Positions 39,242-49,172 are shown, counted from the first letter of the stretch. The stretch is DNA of 64,000 nt from a virus (IMGVR_UViG_3300025000_000058); one strand, 5' to 3'. The notes: generated from the sequence alone by a model not told the origin. Program-made: numbers and translations.

Positions 39242-40285
39242 TCAAAAGGGAATGTCGCTTTCGCTTAAATCGAGGTCATCATCTTGATTTGTTTCACCAA
39301 ACTCTGAATTTTCATTTTCATCATCATCATCATTTTCATCTACATCAAAATCTTCTTTTGCTTGTTTAGTTGATAATGCTTCTTCAAAATCTTCAGGCTT
39401 GTACATTTTACTTACAAAACTTTCTTTGTAAATACCTGTAATTTCAAATTCTTTAATTAACTTTGTTATAACTTTTTCTTCCACTTCACCCCAAGCATCA
39501 TCTGATTCTTCATCACTTACAACACTTTTTTCTGTTCTACTTTGAATAATACCAGACACTTCAAATGTATCACCAAACTTCAATTTTTTTACATTTGCAT
39601 AAAATTTCTTATTTTTTTCTGTTAAATTAACATAAAATACAGCAGTTTGCACATCTGGTAATCTTTCAACTCCATCTTTATCTTTCCCTCTACCTTGAAT
39701 AATGTATGCTGTTATAGCTAATTTCTTTTTGCCATCATCATCTTTTATTTCATTAACTTCTACTACTGTCATTTCTTGCCTAAATGTACTTACTTCTTTA
39801 AAATCTGGATCATCAAAATCCATTGGCTCAGTTTCTTCATAAATCTTTTTAATTCCTAAATTTACTTGTGGTTCATCGTTATATTCAGAATAACGAATTT
39901 CACCCAAACACATTACTCTTACATCATCAGCAAAATTATCAATTATTTCATCAATTAAATCCCATGCTGGCTGAATAATTTTAAATCCATTTGGTAATTT
40001 ATCATTTCTATCTTTCCATGCAATCTTCTTAGTAGTACCTTTCTTTTCTCCCTTTGCTGGTTTTTTATATGCATATGCATAATCTTTTTCAGTGTCAAAC
40101 ACTCCAACAAATACTTTATTATCATTCGATGTTTCAATACTAAAATTAATACTTTTCCATTCCTTGCCTGATTCACCTACACCTTCTTTAAAGAAGAATT
40201 TACTACCCATTCCATTAATCTTTCCTCTTAATTTAAAACCACCTTTTTGTGGAACTAATGGTGTTAATTCTTTTGCTTTAGCCAA
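39242..40285 (-). CDS. ssb: Single-stranded DNA-binding protein (SPbeta-type)
   Basis: OB-type beta patterns and a long acidic tail ending DIPF; lies upstream of the ATPase and helicase. Confidence 0.7.
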   Translation of the reverse strand: MAKAKELTPLVPQKGGFKLRGKINGMGSKFFFKEGVGESGKEWKSINFSIETSNDNKVFVGVFDTEKDYAYAYKKPAKGEKKGTTKKIAWKDRNDKLPNGFKIIQPAWDLIDEIIDNFADDVRVMCLGEIRYSEYNDEPQVNLGIKKIYEETEPMDFDDPDFKEVSTFRQEMTVVEVNEIKDDDGKKKLAITAYIIQGRGKDKDGVERLPDVQTAVFYVNLTEKNKKFYANVKKLKFGDTFEVSGIIQSRTEKSVVSDEESDDAWGEVEEKVITKLIKEFEITGIYKESFVSKMYKPEDFEEALSTKQAKEDFDVDENDDDDENENSEFGETNQDDDLDLSESDIPF

Positions 40286-40323
40286 AAATAACCCTCTCCT
40301 TTGTTTTAATATTTTAAATTCTC

Positions 40324-40408
40324 AATAGTGAGATAATTATAAACATTTTATCTCACTATTTTTATATAGTACAATTGTTTCCCGAACTCATGCTCAGTTT
40401 GTACTATA
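40324..40408. other. Two intergenic hairpins in the ssb leader
   Basis: 13-bp inverted repeat 40324-40336/40348-40360 and 10-bp inverted repeat 40365-40374/40399-40408. Confidence 0.6.
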
Positions 40409-40438
40409 AATTCTTAATTTAATTTACCTTACCAATTT

Positions 40439-40467
40439 ATTATACATTAATATTTTGTTCTTGTCAA
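40439..40467 (-). promoter_or_regulatory. sigmaA promoter with AAAATATTA spacer motif
   Basis: TTGACA agaac AAAATATTA atg TATAAT. Confidence 0.8.
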
Positions 40468-40474
40468 GCACTTT

Positions 40475-40747
40475 TTAGAATTTTAATTTTAACCTTTCAA
40501 CGCATTGCCAAAATGTAACAGCAGAATTTTCTGTTTTAATTTTAATTATATTGTTTATTATATTCATTATTTCGGTTTTTAAAAAACAATTTTTCCAATA
40601 AATTGTTCTTAAAATATTATATAATTTAATAGATTCAATTTCATTATTAAATAATCTCATAACTTTCTGAATTATATTATCATGCATGTCCAATTTATTA
40701 TAATGTAAATACTCATTCTCTAACCGACTAGTTAATAGCTTGTCTAT
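40475..40747 (-). CDS. Hypothetical protein (~90 aa), probable ATA start
   Basis: SD AAGGAG 9 nt before an in-frame ATA at 40747; promoter TTGTAC-17-TATAAT at 40796-40824. Confidence 0.55.
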   Translation of the reverse strand: MDKLLTSRLENEYLHYNKLDMHDNIIQKVMRLFNNEIESIKLYNILRTIYWKNCFLKTEIMNIINNIIKIKTENSAVTFWQCVERLKLKF

Positions 40748-40863
40748 GAATATCAGCTCCTTTGTTATATTATTTTGTTAATAGAAACTTAGTATATTAT
40801 ACCATACCTTCTTAAATAGTACAAGCTTTATTTAATTTTCAAAATGCCCATAAATAAAAATAC

Positions 40864-40883
40864 CTCCTAATAAATATTAGGAG
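40864..40883 (-). terminator. Rho-independent terminator
   Basis: ctcctaata/tattaggag stem with a T-rich tail on the - strand. Confidence 0.65.
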
Positions 40884-40925
40884 AATCTTAATATAACCAT
40901 TAATATTCTTATTTATAAGCATATA

Positions 40926-41822
40926 TTATTTTTCTTTATAAATTTTCTTTGCGACATTTTTCAACCAGATTAAATCACTTTTAGTTTTTTTACTTAATAA
41001 ATCAGCTACATCAATTTCTTTAGCATTATGTGAACCCATCCAATAGAATATTAACGATCTACGAATATCCTCTATTGAAATATGTTCCATGTCCAAATCA
41101 CGATGATATATTTTATTTAATACTTTTTTTAATGACAAAGAAGGATTTGCTATCGTTTCATTATCTGAACTATTGGTTTCTATTGGTCTAATAAGATATG
41201 GAGTATCTTTATATTTAATCTCCATTTCTTTACCTGTACTTTCAACTCTAAGATAATACCTTTCTTTCATGCAAACTTTAATATCTTCTATTAATTCTAT
41301 ATCTGTTGTTGTTATTGTTCTTGTGTCAAAATGTAATACACAACAATTTTTATTATTAATTGTAGTAAACTCTATATCACTTTTCTTTAGATTTTTCATT
41401 TCACTATTTGTTAAACCAAGGCAACTTAAGCAAAATAATATTTTATCTCTCATATTATATTCTATTTCTCCAACAGAAATAGTAATTTGATTTTTAATGG
41501 CAGAGTAATCCATTGGGAATATAATTGTTTTAGAAAGTAGCCTTTCATAATCTACATATTCATCAATCCTTTTAGTCGGCTGAATTCTTTTCCCTGGTAA
41601 TACAACTTTAATAATTTCACGAATAAATTGCAAGTATTTATTTAACGAATTAACACTTATAGAACCAAAAGAATATAGAATATTATCTAAATCATTATTA
41701 TTAAAATTATAAATATCTATATCTAATACTTTTATTGCATCAAATATACAATTATAAGTGCTTTTATCTTTGGTAATGTTTTTCATAAATTCTTCTTGAA
41801 TCTCTTCTAGAGTTTTTTTCAT
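40926..41822 (-). CDS. Tyrosine-recombinase-fold protein lacking catalytic residues (probable repressor)
   Basis: Box I RDKILF..LGLTNSEM has Thr for the catalytic Arg; box II ISIEDIRRS...DLLSKK...IW lacks His and Tyr. Confidence 0.7.
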   Translation of the reverse strand: MKKTLEEIQEEFMKNITKDKSTYNCIFDAIKVLDIDIYNFNNNDLDNILYSFGSISVNSLNKYLQFIREIIKVVLPGKRIQPTKRIDEYVDYERLLSKTIIFPMDYSAIKNQITISVGEIEYNMRDKILFCLSCLGLTNSEMKNLKKSDIEFTTINNKNCCVLHFDTRTITTTDIELIEDIKVCMKERYYLRVESTGKEMEIKYKDTPYLIRPIETNSSDNETIANPSLSLKKVLNKIYHRDLDMEHISIEDIRRSLIFYWMGSHNAKEIDVADLLSKKTKSDLIWLKNVAKKIYKEK

Positions 41823-41835
41823 TTGATTCACCTCT

Positions 41836-42126
41836 TTATAATCTTTCATATTTCAATTCTTTAAGTTCAGATATTTTAAAGGTTGAAGTCTTTGCTTTTA
41901 TATTAATACTGTCAAAGTAGTATTTTAAATTCATATTTAGCTCATTTGCGATTTTAATTAATATCTTTTCATCTATATCTATTAATGATTTTTTATCAAA
42001 CATCTTATTCATTTGAATAAGAATCTCACTTTGTTGATAATATTGCTTTAGAATTTTTATAATAATCAATCTGCCTATATTTTTCTTTTTCTTTAGCTCT
42101 GCGATAAAGTTTTCTATATTTTTCAT
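41836..42126 (-). CDS. Small helical protein, possibly HTH
   Basis: SD GGAGTG; LIKIANELNMNLKYYF resembles an XRE C-terminus. Confidence 0.5.
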   Translation of the reverse strand: MKNIENFIAELKKKKNIGRLIIIKILKQYYQQSEILIQMNKMFDKKSLIDIDEKILIKIANELNMNLKYYFDSINIKAKTSTFKISELKELKYERL

Positions 42127-42228
42127 AGATACTGCACTCCTTTCTTTATATTAATATTTTACTATTAATGATATTTGTTTTTTTGCTTCTTCTATAGTAT
42201 ATTCAATATCTATAATAAATATACTATA

Positions 42229-42411
42229 TTATTTATCTTTTTTGTATCCTAATTCTTCCATATATTCTGTTGTAGTTTTCTTTTTTCTTTTTGCTTGCTG
42301 TGCCAACTTATTGTACTCTTTTTGATTAATATATTCTTGTTTTTTTGGATTATACCAGTTAGTAGTTATAACTATAGATTTTTTTAAATTTATTGTTCTG
42401 ATATTAATAAT
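42229..42411 (-). CDS. Small basic protein (60 aa), ATT start
   Basis: The TTG used by the track is the -35 box. SD AGGAGATG lies 7 nt before the ATT at 42411. Confidence 0.55.
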   Translation of the reverse strand: MINIRTINLKKSIVITTNWYNPKKQEYINQKEYNKLAQQAKRKKKTTTEYMEELGYKKDK

Positions 42412-42442
42412 GACTGTCCATCTCCTTTTTGGGTGTATACTT

Positions 42443-42471
42443 ATTATATAATAATATTTTTTAAAAGTCAA
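42443..42471 (-). promoter_or_regulatory. sigmaA promoter with AAAATATTA spacer motif
   Basis: TTGACT tttaa AAAATATTA tta TATAAT. Confidence 0.75.
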
Positions 42472-42519
42472 ACATATTACAATAATTTGTTACAAGATTC
42501 GACAAATTATTCATAATGC

Positions 42520-42561
42520 AAAAAATAAAAATCAGGACTAACCATAATGTTAGTCCTGATT
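42520..42561 (-). terminator. Rho-independent terminator
   Basis: 13-bp stem aatcaggactaac/gttagtcctgatt with a T tail on the - strand. Confidence 0.8.
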
Positions 42562-42566
42562 ACAAA

Positions 42567-42857
42567 CTAATCTAATGCGGCAATTTCCAATACCATAATA
42601 CCTCGACCATTTTCTTGTATTCGATATTTATTTAATAATACAACATCAACACTTATATCCTTGAATTTGAATTTGTTTATCCATTTTGGATTTGAGTATC
42701 TTTGTGCAACTTTTTCACAGGCTTCTTCATGTGAAATAGCTAATACAATGCCCCTTACACATTCTTCATTACTAAACATTTGATAAGTATAATATTTATA
42801 ATCTTTTAATTCTTCCTCAATATCTTCTTCTGTTCTAAATCTATTATTAACTTCCAT
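42567..42857 (-). CDS. Hypothetical protein (96 aa)
   Basis: SD GGAGGA. Confidence 0.6.
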   Translation of the reverse strand: MEVNNRFRTEEDIEEELKDYKYYTYQMFSNEECVRGIVLAISHEEACEKVAQRYSNPKWINKFKFKDISVDVVLLNKYRIQENGRGIMVLEIAALD

Positions 42858-42875
42858 TATTTTATTCCTCCTATA

Positions 42876-43315
42876 TTATAATTTAAATTTTTCATCAACC
42901 ATCTTTTTAACTTCTTTCATATCAATTTTTCCTTTCAATTCTTTAGACAATAATTTCATTGCATCACCAATGCCCTTACCTGTATTTTTTGTTTCTGTAA
43001 CAATACTATCTATAATTAATTTAACTTCTTCAATACTTAGTTGTGCTGGTATGTTTCAAATAATTCTATATCTTGTTCAAGAATCTTTATTTTACTTTCA
43101 TCTTTAATGTACGACAATTCCTCTTTATATTTTTTTAATGTTCTTTGAACGACACTAATTATAATACTTTCATCTAATTTGTCCTCAGATATTCTTACCC
43201 TTTTTGCTTCCATAATAATATCTGCTTTTAACATCCTTAATGCCGATAATACTTTGACATTTTTACTCTTCATTGCTACTTTTAATTGTTCATTGATTTT
43301 ATTCATTGTACTCAT
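42876..43315 (-). pseudogene. YqeY/GatB-domain protein, frameshifted
   Basis: LKVAMKSK...LRMLKADI...LFETY in frame 0; PAQLSIEEV...IGDAMKLL..ELKGKIDMKEV in the -1 frame. Confidence 0.8.
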
Positions 43316-43327
43316 TTTTAATTCCTC

Positions 43328-43738
43328 CTATATTATATATTTATTTCCTTTAATCATATTACATTTTATACACATTGTTTGTAAATTACTAATATGGTTT
43401 GCTCCACCTAAACTTTTTGGTATTATGTGGTCTTTTGTCATTAGTATTTCATTGCCTTCTTTTGTTATTCCATATAAATTAAGATGATATTTATTATCTA
43501 TTAGATGTTTTTCTTTAGCAAAATATCTACCAGTTATTCCACAAGAACGACAACGAATTCCTTTTTTTATAAAACATTTATATCTTAATGATTTGGCATT
43601 AACCATATCGCCATCAAATTCTATTTCTTTCTGTCCATTCCCGCGAGCTTGCCTTATTTTTGTGAATACTTCCTTAATAGAATAAATTTCTTTTCTATCT
43701 AACTTTGCACTTTTTCCATATCTTTTTCTTTTAGTCAT
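43328..43738 (-). CDS. HNH endonuclease (McrA-type)
   Basis: CRSCG...TKDHIIPKSLGG.NHISNLQTMCIKCN. Confidence 0.85.
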   Translation of the reverse strand: MTKRKRYGKSAKLDRKEIYSIKEVFTKIRQARGNGQKEIEFDGDMVNAKSLRYKCFIKKGIRCRSCGITGRYFAKEKHLIDNKYHLNLYGITKEGNEILMTKDHIIPKSLGGANHISNLQTMCIKCNMIKGNKYII

Positions 43739-43756
43739 TCTCTGCAACACTCCTCA

Positions 43757-44422
43757 CTAACTAATTAACTGCATGTCCCTTAAGTACTTATGCGGATTAG
43801 CAATTTTCTTTGCATGTTTATCTATTTCTTTACTAATTCTTTCTGGCTCATTCTCTATGTGTTTAATTTCTTTTTCTAAATTTTCCTTTTTTAACATCAA
43901 AGAGCTTAATTGTTCTTGAATTAAAGTAATTTCATCTTGACAATTTTTTAAAATAGATACTTTCTTTTTTACTGAAGTATTTAACTTTTTCTGAGCTAAT
44001 AAATGTTTTCTTTTCAATTTATTAATTTCTTTTAGTAATTGTTTAACAATGCTTTTTTCAATATGACTTGGCATATCAAAGTCAATATTATACAATGTTA
44101 TAATAGTATCTTTTGTTTCACATTTAACAACAAAAACAATATTATATTCAATATTAAGAAAAAAGTCTCTTTGAGGGTTATTTCCTATAACCCCTGTCCA
44201 AAAATATATACTATTAGATTTTAAATCTGATATTTCTTTTCCAAGAGATAATTCATTTTGCCTTGCATAATATTCTGATTCAAACTTTGAAATATTAAGA
44301 ACACGCTCACAATATCTTTTAACGGTATGCAATGTTATATAATCATTAACATTATTATTTAGTACTTCTTCGTTATGTTTTTCTATTATATTATAATTTA
44401 ATCTTTCACCGATACTTGTCAT
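43757..44422 (-). CDS. Hypothetical protein with C-terminal coiled coil
   Basis: SD present; HTVKRYCER motif; heptad-rich C-terminus. Confidence 0.6.
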   Translation of the reverse strand: MTSIGERLNYNIIEKHNEEVLNNNVNDYITLHTVKRYCERVLNISKFESEYYARQNELSLGKEISDLKSNSIYFWTGVIGNNPQRDFFLNIEYNIVFVVKCETKDTIITLYNIDFDMPSHIEKSIVKQLLKEINKLKRKHLLAQKKLNTSVKKKVSILKNCQDEITLIQEQLSSLMLKKENLEKEIKHIENEPERISKEIDKHAKKIANPHKYLRDMQLIS

Positions 44423-44506
44423 ATTAAAAACCTCCATTTATAATATTTTAAATTTACTATTGGGGGAGACAAATAGCTCTCCTCTAATATTTTAAATGCA
44501 TCACTT

Positions 44507-44620
44507 TCACATTTCCCAAGGCGGAAATGCCAAAATAAAAATTATTGCCAATGGCGAAAAATAAAGAAAATTAGTCCAAAAATCTTTTGATGATAAAATT
44601 TGAATCGTTAAATTTTCCAT
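44507..44620 (-). CDS. 37-aa hydrophobic peptide
   Basis: SD GGAGGT; MENLTIQILSSKDFWTNFLYFSPLAIIFILAFPPWEM. Confidence 0.5.
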   Translation of the reverse strand: MENLTIQILSSKDFWTNFLYFSPLAIIFILAFPPWEM

Positions 44621-44723
44621 AATATTCCTCATACCTCCTATTCATTATTCTACCCCAAGAAGTCTTATTAAAACTTCTTGGACGCACTGAGCTTAAAGAC
44701 TATTTATACTGGCATCAGTCCAG

Positions 44724-45818
44724 TTATGCTGTTTTTTGTTCTTCACTATTACTATTCTGGTCAAACACACAACTATCTTCAATTCTATTTACTTCATCTT
44801 GATGTGCTTTTAAATATTCATTCCAACTATCAAGTAAAATCGCCTTTCTACCTCTAAGTGAAGTATTATTCCCTGTACCACTGGTAATAAACTTTAAATA
44901 CTTAGCATACATTGGCAATCTGTCTTTTTCTGCTTTTTCTTCTTGAATTTTTCTTTCAGCTTCAAAATTAAAGAACCAATTTGCGAACATCCCAATATAG
45001 TTCTCCATTTTATTATAGCCATTTTGTTTAATTAATTCTGAAGCAACCATATACAAAGAGTGTACAGTGGTTTTTTTCAACATTGCTTTGTCCACAAACT
45101 GTTTTTTATCAGGAAAACAATTTTGCAAAAAGTCCATTGTATTAATAATGGTTTCTTCTACTTTCTCAGAAACACCAGTCAAAATATTTTCTTCATAATA
45201 TTTATCAATTTCTGCATTACTTAATTTTAATTCTGCTTCAGGTTTTACTTCTATAAGTATGAATTGGCAAATTACTTCAGCATATGTCCCTCTGCTATCA
45301 TTAAATTGACAACTTTCAAAGAAATCATGATTACTTGCTAAACGTACAAACTCTCTTAATTGACCACTCATGGCATTACGTTTTTCTTGAGCTTTAAGTG
45401 GACTACCATTTTGTAATCTCTTAAACATTCTTTCTACTTCTTCTTTACTTCCATTAATAATAACAAGATGCAATTCTCTGGAATCAAAATAGTATTTTTG
45501 TTCAGGTGTTAAATCTTTATACTTTTTACCTTTAACACTAAACCCTTTAACATCAACGTCACCTAAAACAATTTTATTATTCAAAAATTTCATTATTGCT
45601 GTACTTCTTTGTACTCCATCAACCATCTCATATTTATCTTCTTCAATTTCACGTAAGATAATCTCAGGAACAATATAATCTCTTGCAATTGTATCAATCA
45701 ACAATTCTTGTTGCGCTTTGCCCCATACAACACCTCTTTGATAGTCTGGAGCTAGATTTGCGGCCTGTACCAAATTTAAGAAACTTCCCAATGGTAAACT
45801 TCTAGTATGTTTTTTCAT
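44724..45818 (-). CDS. DUF262 (ParB/GmrS-like) domain protein 1
   Basis: PDYQRGVVW, LIDTI, MVDGVQR. Confidence 0.85.
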   Translation of the reverse strand: MKKHTRSLPLGSFLNLVQAANLAPDYQRGVVWGKAQQELLIDTIARDYIVPEIILREIEEDKYEMVDGVQRSTAIMKFLNNKIVLGDVDVKGFSVKGKKYKDLTPEQKYYFDSRELHLVIINGSKEEVERMFKRLQNGSPLKAQEKRNAMSGQLREFVRLASNHDFFESCQFNDSRGTYAEVICQFILIEVKPEAELKLSNAEIDKYYEENILTGVSEKVEETIINTMDFLQNCFPDKKQFVDKAMLKKTTVHSLYMVASELIKQNGYNKMENYIGMFANWFFNFEAERKIQEEKAEKDRLPMYAKYLKFITSGTGNNTSLRGRKAILLDSWNEYLKAHQDEVNRIEDSCVFDQNSNSEEQKTA

Positions 45819-45914
45819 AATGTAATTCCTCCCTTTAATATATTATATGTATTTATAAGCTGATTTATTCTAACATATTGGACAATTCTTTGTCAAATTA
45901 TTTTAAGTAGTTTT

Positions 45915-46190
45915 TTATATTATTTTATTCACTTGCTTTAATCTAATTATATCATCACTATCTATAATTACATCAAAGTCTAATACCATTTCTAAAGTAT
46001 CACATGTATTACATTTAACAAATAACGGATAATCTTTACAAGATTTAATTTTTGGGTTTTTCAAATTTTCTAATTCAACTTTTAATCCTACACATGCTTG
46101 AATTAATACTTCTACATCAGATATTGCATTTTGTTTTTCACAATTAATACAATTAAATCCTGAATCATAATCATACTCAAATTTATCCAT
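45915..46190 (-). CDS. Zinc-ribbon hypothetical protein
   Basis: CINC and CNTC motifs. Confidence 0.6.
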   Translation of the reverse strand: MDKFEYDYDSGFNCINCEKQNAISDVEVLIQACVGLKVELENLKNPKIKSCKDYPLFVKCNTCDTLEMVLDFDVIIDSDDIIRLKQVNKII

Positions 46191-46207
46191 ATTACTTTCT
46201 CTCCTAT

Positions 46208-46840
46208 TTATATAAATTTATTGTATAAACCAATAATAACATCATTCTTTGGTGTTATATGTGATTTAATTGTTTTTAATTTTACAATATAATTTGGATT
46301 ATTACATATTTTATAAAATCTAATAATAAATTCCGTTTGATTTCTGGTGAATTTATTTCTTAATTGTTGCCATTGACCATATATTAAATCAGGATTACTA
46401 CAACATGGTACTACGGTAAAACTATTTTGCGAAGACATTGCTTTATCAATAATTAAATCACATAATTGTTTACATGGGTGGCATCCAACAATAAAACTAT
46501 TACCTTTATATTTCTTCATATTAAAACTGTTAAAATCTTCTTGATATCTATGTACTATTTCTTTTGTCCAAGGAAATACTACATTAAATTTTTCTTTAAC
46601 TTTTACAAATGCTTTAGGAACAATTAAATCAACTTGTATTACCTTTTTAACTTCGGGTACTAATACCGCTAAAACATACCCTAACGCTCCATGCCCTGCA
46701 CCCACTTCAATAACAATAGATTCTTTAATATATTCTTTAATTTTATTTGCAACAGCCAATGTTTCTTCTGTTTCTTTTGTTCCAATTGTTGACAATAAGA
46801 TATTTTTAATTTTTTGATTCATTGATAAATTACTTTCCAT
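46208..46840 (-). CDS. SAM-dependent methyltransferase (Methyltransf_32/TRM44-like)
   Basis: VIEVGAGHG motif I, VIQVD, VGCHPCKQL and VVPCC; ATG at 46840 has a strong SD. Confidence 0.7.
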   Translation of the reverse strand: MESNLSMNQKIKNILLSTIGTKETEETLAVANKIKEYIKESIVIEVGAGHGALGYVLAVLVPEVKKVIQVDLIVPKAFVKVKEKFNVVFPWTKEIVHRYQEDFNSFNMKKYKGNSFIVGCHPCKQLCDLIIDKAMSSQNSFTVVPCCSNPDLIYGQWQQLRNKFTRNQTEFIIRFYKICNNPNYIVKLKTIKSHITPKNDVIIGLYNKFI

Positions 46841-46911
46841 TATTATAACTCCTCCTTTATTTATAATTAATATCTTGTTTCTACTCATATCTAAATGAGC
46901 AGAATAAAACA

Positions 46912-47595
46912 TCAATTTTTAATTTGTTTTGTTGAAGGATTACCAAAATTTTTACCTTGTTGATACCCTGCTTGCCTAGCATTTACATCACCACTCATAC
47001 TTACTTTACTTCTTTGTGCTTTCCTAAATTTCATTTCTTCAACTACTTTAATTACTGCATCAGATTTAACTAATACTAAACCATAATTTTGTGTTCTTAC
47101 TTGTTCTCTAAATTTATCTCTTAAACCATTCAAAAATCCCATTATAAAATCATTTTTAATTTGTGTTGACGAGCCTGCAAGATATGAATGATTTTTGGCA
47201 AATTTTTTACTTTGAACATCTATAATTCTTACCGCATAACTATATACTTCTGTAGCAATTGCAATATCTTCTTCTAATCCTATTAAGTGTATACCATTTC
47301 TGGATTTATACGCAACACAACGGAAATTGTCTGCAAGTATCATTGCTAATGTGCCTTTCCACCAAGTAACTCTTTTACTTTCATCCATAAGTGTTTTAGA
47401 AACATTATTTTCTTTTTCTTCAACTAAATCTTGCATTGTTAAACTGTGTTTTGCCAATAATGCTTGTGCTTTCAACATGGAATTTTCTGCTTCTTCAATA
47501 CATGAATTGTTATTTGCAAGTGATAATAATTTTTTAACCTTATTAAGTACGCTTTCTTGCTCAGATGTTATATTTTTTGCATGTTGATTATTCAT
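46912..47595 (-). CDS. DUF2786-domain protein
   Basis: KVKKLLSLA...EEAENSMLKAQALLAKH. Confidence 0.8.
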   Translation of the reverse strand: MNNQHAKNITSEQESVLNKVKKLLSLANNNSCIEEAENSMLKAQALLAKHSLTMQDLVEEKENNVSKTLMDESKRVTWWKGTLAMILADNFRCVAYKSRNGIHLIGLEEDIAIATEVYSYAVRIIDVQSKKFAKNHSYLAGSSTQIKNDFIMGFLNGLRDKFREQVRTQNYGLVLVKSDAVIKVVEEMKFRKAQRSKVSMSGDVNARQAGYQQGKNFGNPSTKQIKN

Positions 47596-47657
47596 GTATA
47601 CACATACCTCCTTGATATTTTTTTCTTGTCAATATAGAACGTCATATTACAGAATAT

Positions 47658-47885
47658 TTAACTAACAATTCCTAAATCGTGAAACATTTTCATTTCTTCT
47701 GCTCCAGTTAACACTCTATACTCAAGAATTTCTTTGATGCTTACAAATATATCACATCTAATTCCTTTATTACCACTAGAGTTATACCATTTTTTAAGAT
47801 CGCTTATTGTAAGAATATTAGAACGATAGTTGCCACCGTTAATATTTTTAATATAATAAGTTTGCCCATTTTTACGATAAAACAT
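47658..47885 (-). CDS. Hypothetical protein
   Basis: SD GGAGGG; promoter TTGACT-17-TATAAT at 47927-47955. Confidence 0.6.
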   Translation of the reverse strand: MFYRKNGQTYYIKNINGGNYRSNILTISDLKKWYNSSGNKGIRCDIFVSIKEILEYRVLTGAEEMKMFHDLGIVS

Positions 47886-47959
47886 TTTAAACCCTCCTTG
47901 ATATTTTGTTATTGTCATTATAGTATATTATATATTATTGTGTTTTAGAAGTCAAATTA

Positions 47960-48652
47960 TTATTTTCTTTTTAATTTTAATTTTCTTCCCTGTGGTAATT
48001 CTTCCCACCTTTGTTTTATTCCAAATATGTTTTCACAAACAGCCATACGCATTTGATAGCTACTTAATTCTGCTATTTTTTCAAAATCTTCATTACTCGG
48101 ACACCAAATAAATTCTAAACACTTATTACATTTTTCATCAGCATTATAATATGGAATATCAATAATTCCATCTTTTAAAAATATAATATCATTTCTTTTC
48201 TTTAATAAGTTTAAAAATTTATCAAGATTATATTTTTCGTTGTTAATAAATCCTTCTGAATAATTGAATAATATTGCTTTAGGAAGTTTTTTGCCTGATA
48301 TATCATATATATTATAATCTGAAAATGATATATTTAGCAATTCTACATCATTCAATCCATTAGCTTCAATATAGTCATATGGTCTTTTAATATGATACTT
48401 CATCATTTCATCATAACTTCTACCGAATAAGTTACATCTTGAAAATTCTTTTACTTCATCAGAATATAGCTTATACTTACACTGTGGTATTTGCTCATTT
48501 AATATGATATTTTCTACCATATCTTTTAAAGCAACACCTTGTTTATATACAGGATTACTATTTGTCATACTAATTTTTTCTTTATATGCACATATTTCAT
48601 CTGTTATCTGAATTGTTTTTATTTCTCTTTTAACTGTATATTCTATAATCAT
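47960..48652 (-). CDS. Hypothetical protein (230 aa)
   Basis: SD present. Confidence 0.6.
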   Translation of the reverse strand: MIIEYTVKREIKTIQITDEICAYKEKISMTNSNPVYKQGVALKDMVENIILNEQIPQCKYKLYSDEVKEFSRCNLFGRSYDEMMKYHIKRPYDYIEANGLNDVELLNISFSDYNIYDISGKKLPKAILFNYSEGFINNEKYNLDKFLNLLKKRNDIIFLKDGIIDIPYYNADEKCNKCLEFIWCPSNEDFEKIAELSSYQMRMAVCENIFGIKQRWEELPQGRKLKLKRK

Positions 48653-49172
48653 TAAACATCTCTCCCTTTTTAATACTACAAATAATTTTTGCTTTACTGC
48701 CTTGATTCCATTTAAAATCTAACAAATATTGATACATATTATATATTTCGTTACCAAAGTAACCTCTAACATTGCCATAACAATAATATTTTGGCATTGC
48801 GTTCCAATCAAATAATTCTTTATTATTATACACAATTTCTGATATTTTATCAATTTTACCTTGAAATTCTTTTCCTCGATTTTTACCTCTGTTATAAACC
48901 CATTCATAACTTAATATATTCATATATTCTAATATGTCAGGTAAATAAGGCTTACCATTATTGTAAATCATTAATGTTATAGGATGGTTTGCGTGAGGTG
49001 GTAATTTACCACTTTTACTTTTAACTTCAATCAATCCCATTTTCATTAAACACATTTCAGCGATCTGATAACATTCTATCACTTGCTTATTTAATCTAAG
49101 ATCATCTAAATATCTTGCTGTATCTTTATATGATTTACAAGGCATAAATATTTGAATAAAAATCAACTCCAT
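48630..49172 (-). CDS. Pyrimidine-dimer DNA glycosylase/DenV-like protein (MSMEG_6728 family)
   Basis: QIFMP...ARYLDDLRLNKQVIECYQI and NHPITLM, plus later EW...RG; probable ATT start at 49157. Confidence 0.7.
   Translation of the reverse strand: MELIFIQIFMPCKSYKDTARYLDDLRLNKQVIECYQIAEMCLMKMGLIEVKSKSGKLPPHANHPITLMIYNNGKPYLPDILEYMNILSYEWVYNRGKNRGKEFQGKIDKISEIVYNNKELFDWNAMPKYYCYGNVRGYFGNEIYNMYQYLLDFKWNQGSKAKIICSIKKGEMFNDYRIYS

Noticed and set aside
46874-46890. 15-nt match (atgagtagaaacaag) with 59625-59641 on the opposite strand
   Set aside because: Short, AT-rich and without shared context; probably chance.
17010-47860. Other AAAATATTA occurrences outside promoter spacers
   Set aside because: Expected by chance in such AT-rich DNA. 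Only the position-fixed promoter copies are counted.
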